Shown here one piece after another: positions 46,801-55,670 of a stretch of DNA of 64,000 nt (positions are counted from its first letter, which is position 1; each line of letters starts with the position of its first letter). The position numbers and the translations under genes are program-made. The DNA is from Euglena gracilis (lineage: Eukaryota). The notes beneath the pieces are model-generated. The model was not told the origin of the DNA and searched no databases. It saw nothing but the letters and a program-made list of their open reading frames with translations. The stretch is from NCBI GenBank assembly GCA_039621445.1, contig CP154954.1, positions 45,859,847 to 45,923,846 of the forward strand, given 5' to 3'.

Positions 46801-49800
46801 TTGAGCCGAGAACGAGCGTTTTTCGACCCGCCAGCGCCCCGTTTTGGCCCGCCGACCCCGTTTCAAAAAAATCGAAAAAAATCCAAAAAAAATTTTGCCC
46901 AAAACGATGTTTTTTGGCCTCCCGGACCCAGAAAAACTGCTTTGATCCGAAAACGAGCGTTTTTCGGGCCGCCGGGCCGCCGGCCGGGACGCCGGCCGGA
47001 CCGCCGGGCCGCTGGGCCACCGGGCCGCCGGCCGGACCGCCGGGCTGCCGGGCCGCCGGGCCGCCGGGCCGCCGGGCCGTCGGGCCGCCGCGCCGGGGGT
47101 CAATGAAGGGGTGGGGGCGCGCTTATAAAGAGCTCAGCACTATTCAAAACCTGGTCCCGAACACCCCCCCCCCCCCTAGGGGGGTAAGGGGTGGGGGGGG
47201 TCCGGACCCCCCCCGGGATGGCGGGAGGGGGGTCCGGACACCCCGCCCCCCCCCCCTTGACAGGTGCCAAAAATAGCAGAAAATTTTCTTCCGGCGCTGC
47301 GCGCCGGAAAATGAGCAAAAACACCCCTTTTTTGTTGACTTTTGGACATGTTGCCCTTTTTTTGATGTGTTGGTGTTTTCCCCCAAAAAATTGTTCAAAA
47401 AAATTCAAAAAACGAGCATTTTTGGATCGACTATCAAAGAAAAATCAGGGGTTTTTGACCGATTTTGACCCGATTTCCGGCCCTTTGCCCGTCCATGAAA
47501 TCGAAAATTTTTCGGCCCCCCCTCAGTTTCGAGGTAGGAGGGGGGGGTCGCTGAGCTCTTATCCCTTTATGGGTAAGAGCGAAGCTTACCACCGTCGAAA
47601 TCCCCCCCCTCGGCCCCCCCCCCCCCCCCCCCCCCCCCCCCGGGTCGGGGCCACCTGGAGAACCGACGGATTATCACCATGATCCCGGCCCGGTTCCCGA
47701 AATTTTTTTTTTCAGTCACGAGCGACTGGATTCCTAGTTTCCGAATCACCTGGGTTTGACCCCCAACTCCCCGCCAGGCCCGAGTTATTCACGCGCGAAG
47801 GGGTCCAAACTCGGTAGGATTTACCCGCCCCCCCTGGATGAGCCCCCCCCCCCTCAAAATGTCAATTTTCAAAATATCTCCAAAATGAAGCCAAACCAAA
47901 GGAAATGTCCGGAGACCTAATTTGAAGCCCTTGGAACGCCCCATCTACCGGTATTTTGATTTCCCCGCAACTCCCCGCCTAGCCCGAGATACGGCCGTTT
48001 TCGGCGCAGACGGCCGTTTTGTACACTTTTCCCTCTGTTCGACTTAGCCGTTTTCGGGGGGTGGGGGGTCAAAAAATCGATGTTTTCAAAATTTCTCCAA
48101 AATGATGCAAAATCAAAGGAAATGTCCGGAGACCTGAATTGAAGCCCTTGGAACGCTCTATCTACCGGTATTTTGATTTCCCCGCAACTCCCCGCCCAGC
48201 CCGAGATACGGGCGTTTTTTGGCCAATTTGGGCCATTTCTGGCCATTCTCATACAGAAAAACGATCAGTGCGGGTTCGAACCCACGCCCCCGTAGAGGAC
48301 CAGCATTTGCAGCTGGTGTCTTTAGCCACTTGACCAACTGACCGATGACTAATGTACTCATTGCAAGCGTTTTTCGACCCGCCGCGCCCCGTTTTGGGAA
48401 CGATGTTTTTTGGCCTCCCGGACCCGGAAAAACTGTTTTCGAGCCGAAAACGAGCGTTTTTCGACCCGCCGGCGCCCCGTTTTGGGCCGCCGACCCATTG
48501 ACTTTGGGTCAAAACCGGGTCAAAAAAGTCGAAAAAAATCGAAAAAATTTTTTTCGCCCAAAACGATGCTTTTTGGCCTCCCGGACCTGGAAAAACTGTT
48601 TTCGAGCCGAAAACGAGCGTTTTTCGACCCGCCGGTGCCCCGTTTTGGGCCGCCGACCCATTGACTTTGGCTCAAAACCGGGTCAAAAAAGTCGAAAAAA
48701 ATCGAAAAAATTTTTTTTGCCCGAAACGATGTTTTTTGGCCTCCTGGACCCAGAAAAACTGCTTTTGAGCCGAAGACGAGCGTTTTTCGCCCCACCGGTG
48801 CCCCGTTTTGGGCCGCTGACCCATTGACTTTGGGTCAAAACCGGGTCAAAAAAGTCGAAAAAAATCGAAAAAATTTTTTTTTGCCCGAAACGATGTTTTT
48901 TGGCCTCCCGGACCCGGAAAAACTGTTTTTGAGCCGAAAACGAGCGTTTTTCGACCCGCCGGCGCCCCGTTCTGGGCCGCCGACCCATTGACTTTGGGTC
49001 AAAACCGGGTCAAAAAAGTTGAAAAAAATCGAAAAAATTTTTTTTGCCCGAAACGATGTTTTTTGGCCTCCCGGAACCGGAAAAACTGTTTTTGAGCCGA
49101 AAACGAGCGTTTTTCGACCCGCCGGCGCCCCGTTCTGGGCCGCCGACCCATTGACTATGGGTCAAAACCGGGTCAAAAAAGTCGAAAAAAAATCAAAAAA
49201 TTTTTTTTGCCCGAAACGATGTTTTTTGGCCTCCCGGCCCCGGAAAAACTGTTTTTGAGCCGGAAACGAGCGTTTTTCGACCCGCCGGGGCCCCGCTTTG
49301 GGCCGCTGACCCATTGACTTTGGGTCAAAACCGGGTCCAAAAAGTCGAAAAAAATCGAAAAAAATTTTTTTGCCCGAAACGATGTTTTTTGGCCTCCCGG
49401 CCCCAGAAAAACTGTTTTTGAGCCGAAAACGAGCGTTTTTCGACCCGCCGGCGCCCCGTTTTGGGCCGCCGACCCATTGACTTTGGGTCAAAACCGGGTC
49501 CAAAAAGTCGAAAAAAATCGAAAAAAATTTTTTGCCCGAAACGATGTTTTTTTGCCTCCCGGACCCAAAAAAACTGTTTCTAAGCCGAAAACGAGCGTTT
49601 TTCGACCCGCCGGCGCCCCGTTTTGCGCCGCCGACCCATTGACTTTGGTTCAAAACCGGGTCAAAAAAGTAGGAAAAAAATCGGAAAAAACCCCCCACAC
49701 CCCCCCACACCCCCCCACACCCCCCCCCCCCACCCCCCCACCACCCCCCCACCCCCCCCCCCCCCCCCACACCCCCACACACCCCCCCACTCCCCCCACC

Positions 49801-52800
49801 CCCCCCACACCCCCCACATGTCACGTGACCTTTTTTTATTTTTATTTTTGTTCTTATGTTTATTTTTTTATTTTTTTCATTTCTCTTTTCATTCTTTTAT
49901 TTTTGGCATTTCTGCAAAAGAACCCGATGGTATTTCATTGTGGCCAAAAAGATTTTGTGAGGTTATTTGACGGAGTAGGGTCAGGGTTACGATTCTTGTC
50001 CAAACAGCAGAATATTTCCCGCTCAACGTTGTTAGATTGGTCTCAACAAGGTACACCCCCACACCCCCCCCCACTCCCCCACACCCCCCCCACACCCCCC
50101 ACACCCCCCCACCCCCCCCACACACCCCCCCCCACACCCCCCCCACACCCCCCCACACCCCCCCCCACACCCACGTGACCTTTTTTATTTTTTTTTTTTT
50201 TTTATGTTTATTTTTTATTTTTTTTTCATTTCTCTTTTCATTCTTTTATTTTTGGCATTTCTGCAAAAGAACCCGATGGTGTTTCATTGTGGCCAAAAAG
50301 ATTTTGTGATGTTATTTGAAGGAGTAGGGTTAGGGTTACAATCCTTGTCCAAACAGCAGAATATTTCCCGCTCAACGTTGTTAGATTGGTCTCTACAAGG
50401 TACCACCCCCCACACCCCCCCACACCCCCCACACCCCCCCCACACACCCCCCACACCCCCCCACACCCCCCACACCCCCACACCCCCCCACACCCCCCAC
50501 CCCCCCACACCCCCCCACCCCCCCACTCCCACACCCCCACTCCCCCCCACCCCCCCACCCCCACCCCCCCACACCCCCCCACCCCCACCCCCCCACACCC
50601 CCACCCCCCCACACACACCCACACCCCCACACACACCCACACCCCCACACACACCCACACCCCCACACACCCCCCACACCCCCCCCCTGTCACATCATTT
50701 CACGTGACCCTTTTCATTTTTATTTTTCTTTTTATGTTTATTTTTTTTTTTTTTTATTTCTCTTTTCATTCTTTTATTTTTGGGATTTCTGCAAAAGAAC
50801 CCGATGGTGTTTCATTGTGGCCAAAAAGATTTTGTGAGGTTATTTGAAGGAGTAGGGTCAGGGTTACGATTCTTGTCCAAACAGCAGAATATTTCCCGCT
50901 CAACGTTGTTAGATTGGTCTCTACAAGGTACACCACACACACACACACCCACACCCCCCCACCCACCCCCACCCCCCCACACCCCCACACCCCCACCCAC
51001 ACACCCCCCCACACCCCCCACACACCCCCTCACACCCCCCACACCCCCCACATGTCATATCATTTCACGTGACGTTTTTTTAATTTTATTTCTTTTTTGT
51101 TTATTTTTTATTTTTTTCATTTCTCTTTTCATTGTTTTATTTTTGGCATTTCTGCTAAGGCTGCTTCGAACATTCGAATATTCGACGAATATTCGAATGT
51201 TTCAAAATAATCGAACGTTCGAATGTTGTGAAATATATTGTCGAATATTCGTGCAATATTCGACCGGAAAATTTTTTGTTTCCATTGGTGTGATTTCCTT
51301 CATTGCATATTAGTAATGCAAAAAGATTCTCCCTGTATGCATTAGTATTTTTCCCTTCAGACGACATGTGTCAGAGAGGCGCATAGCTCAGTGGTAGAGC
51401 ACTCGCCTTACAATCTATTGGTCGTGGGTTCGATTCCCTCAAAAATGAATTTTTGGTTTGAAATGACATATGCTTCTATGTATGTTTTAATTCAGCAAAA
51501 ATATACACAGTGGGGATCGAACCCACAACCGCTACCTTGTGAACCGAGTGCTCTACCACTGAGCTACGTGTATACTGACTGCACAATTCGCTTAGAGAGC
51601 ATTTAGGGCTCAGGAGGCAAGTTAAAAAAAAACGAAAACCCTGAATTAATGTGAAATGTTTCCACCAAAATGTTTTATATTCGTCTCTGCCGAAGTGATA
51701 TCTGATTTCAACAGCATAGTCTTTGACCACTCAGGCAATTGGTCCATGGTAGCTAATGGTTGGAAATGGCTAAAAGCCGTCGTTGACCAACCCGCCAGAG
51801 CCCCGTTTTGAGCCGCCAACCCATTGACTTTGGGTCAAACCCGGGTCAAAAAAGTCGAAAAAAATTGAAAAAAATTTTGGGGCCCGAAACGATTCGCTGG
51901 GACGCCGGGCCGCTGGCCGGCCCGCCGGGCCGCCGGCCCGCCGCTGGCCGGGCCGGGCCGGGCCGGGCCGGGCCGCCGCCGGCCGGGCCGGGCCGGGCCG
52001 GACCGTCGGTGGTGGGGGTGCGCTTATCAAGAGCTCAGCACTATTCAACACCTGGTCTGACCCACCCCCCCCCCCCCATGTCGGGAGGGGGGTCCGACCC
52101 CCCCCCTCAAGGCTTCCCATCCATCCCTGCCCCCTCCTGGACCGGAGGGGGTCCAACCCCTCCACCTGCCATTATATCGAACCGTGGGTCACCTCGCTCG
52201 TTATATACCCCTCCTCCACCTGGAGCCATTCAGGACATGCAAAGGAAAGCAATAGATGCCGGTGACGAATTTTTTTTGCTTTAAACCCCCCTGAAACTAT
52301 TGTCGTTAATATTTATGTGACTAACCGTCGTCAAAACATCATTTTTGACATTTATTTTTCGAGAATTGGGCTTTTGGTGGTTTTGGGGGAATTTTCAGGG
52401 ATAGGATATTCACCAACTTTTCTTCATCTTATACCCCCCCCCCCTGCAAAACCCACCAAATCTGATCTTATAAGCTGGGAGGGAGTTATGATGGGGTTAT
52501 CCAGGCCTGCAGAAGTGTTGAAAGAAAAGTGGGTGTGGTTAGGTAGATTATTTGCCACAATCGCTAGGCTTTATCTGGCAGCTTTCCTGCAGCTTCCCCA
52601 CATTTCACTTTTTCTTTTCACTCTCTCGGCATCGCACTCCCCCACATTTCTGCTTTTCATTGTTGTATTCCTGCACGCACATCAGTGGTGTTTTTTTTTA
52701 TTGACTGGTGTTTGGGAAACCCCCGAAGTGTTTCCCCCCCACCCAGCACAGCATCCAATGAGAAGGCATTGCCTTTTCAAAAATTGCGAACTCCCTCCGT

Positions 52801-53979
52801 ATGCCAGTGCCCACTCGGCCCAATTCCTCGCAGGCCGATGCCCAGGCCGCGGCCCAGGCCGGGCTGGGCCGGGCCGTGGCCGCCCCCGCCGCCGACCCGG
52901 GCCGGGGGGCGGGGCCGGACGGCGGCGGGGACCTCGCCCAGCAGCGGGCCCAGCTGGAGGAGGAGCGGGCGCAGCTGCAGCGAGCGCGGGCGGAGTGGGA
53001 CCAGCAGCGGGAGGAGTGGCGGCGGGCCAAAGTGTGCGCCGTGGGGGGCTTTGGCACCGTGGGGTCTCAGGAATGGTGCGCCGAGGGGGCGGCTGGATGG
53101 CACTCCTATCGGACAAAATGGCCACCCGGACGGTGCTGGGCATGCAAGTTCTCCTTTTGGTCAGCCCTGTGCCGGCTCCTGCGCTGTTCTGGAAGCACAG
53201 CGCCTTTATGCATACCATTTGGTTCCTGACGGCATCCATCCTTCACTCCTTGCAGCCCCTGCCACCCCAACCCTCACGCAGGAAACCCGGGACCGGGCAG
53301 AAGCTGAGTTGATGGCAAAGAGGGAATCGCTCCTTCATTTCAGTGCGATGAAGGTTGCCTGTATTGCTGTGCAGAATGCCGTGTTGTTTTGCGGGAATTT
53401 TATTTTCGTTTTGGGGAATTATTTGTGTTACGGAGTTGAAGCCCCGCATTTCTTTTCCTTTTCTTCTCCTTCTTCTTCTTCTTCTTCTCCTTCTTCTGTT
53501 TCTTCTTCTTCTTCCTTCTTAATTGATTTCTGGGCGGCAATCTGTCTCTGGGGTTGGTTTCTTTGGGTTGTGTCCGTCTCAAGTGGTCCCTGGAGGTTGC
53601 AGCCTCGGTTTCTTTAGTACCCATCTGCCCCTCCCTCTGTGGCTGTCCACAGGCTGCATCGGATGTGCAGCGTCTGGAGGAATGGAGCAGCCGTCTTCAC
53701 ACGACCCAGCAGGTTTGCCGGAGCTTTACCTGTGTTGGGGGGAGGGCAACAAAATTGTTGCTCCATTCCATTGATATTGGCTGGTGGTGTGTTGGCCTGC
53801 ACGTTATTGCTGTACGCATTGTGCCTGCCCTCGCATTGCTGGTGTTTTTGTTCTTGCAGGAGCTGTGGGACATGGAGCTCCGGATGATGAACGCTCGCAT
53901 CCCTGGTGCACTTGCAGTAAGCCCCCAGTTCATGCCGGGTAACCTCCTGGCCATGCAGCTCCCGTTCGCAAGAACCTGA
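28834..53979 (+). CDS. Large coiled-coil protein of unknown function with duplicated exon pairs
   Basis: Predicted exons 28834-28929, 28975-28998, 29176-~29228, ~29574-29750, ~30188-30449, 31550-31675, 32647-32726, 32808-~32855, 33499-33579, 35130-35279, 35710-35856, 39227-39385, 39732-39881, 40222-40265, 41574-41688, 43892-44059, 52834-53031, 53282-53353, 53653-53712, 53860-53979 (TGA). Mostly phase-0 AG/GT exons encoding E/Q/R/L/A heptad-rich helices. The 5' exons are least certain. Confidence 0.8.
29958..30167 (+). repeat. Dispersed repeat of about 210 bp with an inverted copy at 32234-32463
   Basis: AATACCCATTC...TACCTCTTGTCCATGTTTG matches the reverse complement of 32234-32463 with a small indel. 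Confidence 0.9.
30605..31018. mobile_element. CAG...CTG MITE with perfect 8-bp TSD
   Basis: CAGGCATTTTTAAGG...TGCCTG; TTCCAAAC at 30597-30604 and 31019-31026; internal TCCAGGCATCGAA..AATCAAAAAGT..GACAATGTTCCAGC core shared with 37746-38126 and ~8580-8905. Confidence 0.85.
34536..34728. mobile_element. Hairpin element with a (TTAGGG)n loop
   Basis: Arms of about 65 bp, GGCGAGTGTTAAGGTTAGTACCCCC..GGGCAGGGGTTA / TAACCCTTGCCC..TACTAAATTTAACACTTGCC, enclosing about 11 telomere-type repeats. Confidence 0.85.
34770..35078. repeat. (TATG)n microsatellite
   Basis: Direct reading. Confidence 0.95.
36017..36273. mobile_element. GGCAG...CTGCC element, 8-bp TSD, telomere-like inner arms
   Basis: TIR GGCAGACCCACACCATAGGGC / GCCCTACGGTATGGGGCTGCC; GAATATTC/AAATATTC flanks; inner ATGGTGTAGGGTT / AACCCTACACCAT. 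Confidence 0.75.
37746..38126. mobile_element. CAG...CTG MITE
   Basis: CAGGCATTATTTTTAAGGCA / TGCCTTAAAAAATATTGCCTG; flanks ACTGGATT/GCTGGACC (5/8, all transitions). Confidence 0.75.
38461..38992. mobile_element. Merlin-like (GGCAA ends, 8-bp TSD) non-autonomous element carrying inverted telomeric repeats
   Basis: TIR of about 47 bp, GGCAAGGCTAATTTACTGGGCCCC..CCCAGTAGTT; TSD AAAATTAT at 38453-38460 and 38993-39000; TTAGGG-like 38597-38635, CCCTAA-like 38745-38820. Confidence 0.85.
40266..41573 (+). other. Non-conventional intron = TIR element with 8-bp TSD, splitting a duplicated exon
   Basis: AT|GAC-CGGGGGTTTTCTTCAGCG...CGTTGATAAAACTCCTG-ATGAT|G; TSD CTGATGAC/ATGATGAC (7/8); the spliced product (44+115=159 nt) equals the uninterrupted paralogous exon 39227-39385 (159 nt). 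Confidence 0.88.
42252..43450. mobile_element. hAT-like element (family of 56203-57046) with nested satellite-module fragment
   Basis: Left TIR CAGACATTCATTTAGTGTGGT, damaged right TIR ACCACATTAAATGA; GTGGACACCAAA subterminal repeats; nested 42450-42800 and an inverted module terminus at ~42931. Confidence 0.75.
45070..45362. repeat. 19-bp minisatellite CCCATGATGGCCATCATGA
   Basis: About 15 tandem units, each with the 16-bp palindrome CATGATGGCCATCATG or a variant. Confidence 0.92.
45362..46965 (+). repeat. 163-bp satellite array (about 10 units), two with CCCTAA insertions
   Basis: Unit GTCAAAAAAGTCGAAAAAAATCG..CCTCCCGGACC..GAGCGTTTTTCGACCCGCC..CCCATTGACTTTGG. Confidence 0.93.
48264..48342 (-). 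pseudogene. tRNA-Leu(CAA)-like pseudogene
   Basis: Reverse strand GTCAGTTGGTCAAGTGGCTAAAGACACCAGCTGCAAATGCTGGTCCTCTACGGGGGCGTGGGTTCGAACCCGCACTGAT: long variable arm, anticodon stem CCAGC/GCTGG, T-loop; U33 replaced and acceptor stem shortened. Confidence 0.65.
48368..49690 (+). repeat. 163-bp satellite array (about 8 units)
   Basis: A reference motif recurs at 48519, 48682, 48845, 49009 (period 163-164). Confidence 0.93.
49690..51155 (+). repeat. Tandem block: (CCCCACA)-rich tract plus conserved unit of about 230 bp, 3.5 copies
   Basis: CACGTGAC..GGCATTTCTGCAAAAGAACCCGATGGT..CAAGGTAC at 49822, 50172, 50701, truncated at 51067, separated by variable C-rich tracts. Confidence 0.9.
51377..51448 (+). 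pseudogene. tRNA-Val-like pseudogene/SINE head
   Basis: A-box TAGCTCAGTGGTAGAGC and B-box GGTTCGATTCC intact; TAC anticodon; stems broken. Confidence 0.55.
51502..51573 (-). pseudogene. tRNA-Val(CAC)-like pseudogene/SINE head
   Basis: Reverse strand ATACACGTAGCTCAGTGGTAGAGCACTCGGTTCACAAGGTAGCGGTTGTGGGTTCGATCCCCACTGTGTAT; acceptor and T stems pair, anticodon stem does not. Confidence 0.6.
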
Positions 53980-54648
53980 TTTGCATTCTGATGCAGGAAC
54001 CAGATAGTTGTTGGGAGGTGGTACCTGTTTCGGGTCGCCAGCATATTCTTTCATGAGGTCTTCTGTTGTGCATTGTTTTGAGGACTCACCGAGGGTGTTT
54101 AATTCAGGGGATTCCCCCCCCCCTTGGTTGTCCGATAATAAATCACTGCCAGAAAGTTTTGGTGCTTTTCTGGCACAACAAATCGTGCCGGCCGCAACAT
54201 TTTGTTTTTTTGCCAATTTCCGCCTAAATTTGTGGAGTGTCAGTGCCTGTTCAGATCAGTCCCAGAGATGCGTGCTGGACTCTGAATGCATCTCATGGGT
54301 TGCGTTTTTGGGAGTTTGACAACCTCAAAATCATGTCTTGCAGTCCAGTCCTGTCAACTTGCTGGGTGACCCCATTCAAAAGACGTGGTTCATTCAAAGA
54401 AGCACCCACAGTTTTAATGGTAATTCCCAAAACAATTCAAGTAAAATTTAATTCATCCAGAAAAAAAAATCAAAAGGTTTAGAATTCAAAATCAAATTCC
54501 AAAAAAAGCACCACCACCACCACCAAAAGTCAGTCAAGGCAAGGCCCCAGCCCAAGGCCCCGGTGCTGGAGCTGACGGTCTGCAATCACCGGCGGTCATA
54601 CAAATGTGCGGCCAAGTGGGGGTCGTCCTGGCCCCTCCAAGGAGGGTC

Positions 54649-55607
54649 ATGACCACCGCTGAACGTCCGTCCCAAATCAGGCGCATTCGCTCTTCCATTT
54701 TGGGGCATTTCCAGGCCCAGTATGTCAAAAGTGCTTTCCAACGCCCCCCCCAGCCTCACAAACAAAAAAATTGACACCCCGGACGTCCCAGCCCAGCCAC
54801 CGCGGGGGAGGGGCGTGCCGCCGATGCTGGAGCCGCCGTCGGCGTCCACGTCGTACGCGGTGTCGCCGCACAAGCGCCTGCCGCGGCGCGTGGCGGACTG
54901 GGAGCTGTTCCACGCCGTGGCCGTGGACTTGAACGTCCTCGTGGCGTTCCGCCGCGCGTTCATCAAGTCCGCCTGCTCGACCCCGCACTGTGCCATGTGC
55001 ACTATGCAACTGTGCAAGCGGTGGAACCATCGGCCGCTACATCACATATCCTCTAGGAGGAGGGGGAAAGAAGGCGTGACGAGGTGGGCGTTTGTGAAAA
55101 CCGTTGGCATTTGCCAGTTTGGATGAGGGACAGGCGGACAGACAGACAGATGGACGAACGGACGAACGAGGTTGGGGTGTTTGGTTGTTGATGGGACAGC
55201 TTTGTAAATGTAATTTGGGGTTTTCAAATTTCTCAAGTCCAAACTGGCAGTCATTCATGTAAATACATTGCATGCATTGGTAGATGTCAGCACGAGGTGT
55301 TATCGTCGCTGACCACAAAGAAACTCTCAGGTTTCATTCTGACGAATGCACAGAAGTGATCCTTCAGTGGTCTGGTTTTGCCAAAGCGCATTTGGAACGG
55401 GACAGCTCCCCCCCCCCACCCCAAAAATGCCCTGTCCCCTCAGGCTGGACCCGATGCACAGCGGGGTGCTGCTGCTCTCCCAGCTGCTCGCTCTTGGAGA
55501 GCTCCTGGCGCTGCCGGAGGCGACGCTGGGCCGCATCGCCGGCCTGGCCGTGCAGGTGGACAGCAGCCAGAGCGGCCGGTTGGACTTCTGGCAGCTGTTT
55601 GGTATCC

Positions 55608-55670
<63 letters not shown>

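Larger units (their letters stand above)
44217..47155 (+). mobile_element. Satellite-bearing module copy 1 (possible Helitron/Helentron-type non-autonomous element)
   Basis: Starts GCTGAGCTCT, ends AAGAGCTCAGCACTATTCAAAACCTGGT; the first ~550 bp is nearly identical to 47549-48050; contains a 19-bp minisatellite and a 163-bp array. Confidence 0.65.
47549..52056 (+). mobile_element. Satellite-bearing module copy 2 with extra insertions
   Basis: Same start and end motifs as copy 1; interrupted by tRNA-like pieces and a C-rich tandem block. Confidence 0.6.

Noticed and set aside
45328-49824. Many overlapping ORFs with repeated FWPPGPRKTVF peptides
   Set aside because: Translations of the 163-bp satellite, frameshifted between units.
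49822-51155. Repeat-spacer-like alternation as a CRISPR-like or guide array
   Set aside because: The repeats are about 230 bp and the spacers are simple C/A tracts with no information content.
51377-51573. Functional tRNA genes
   Set aside because: The anticodon stems do not pair; reported as pseudogenes.
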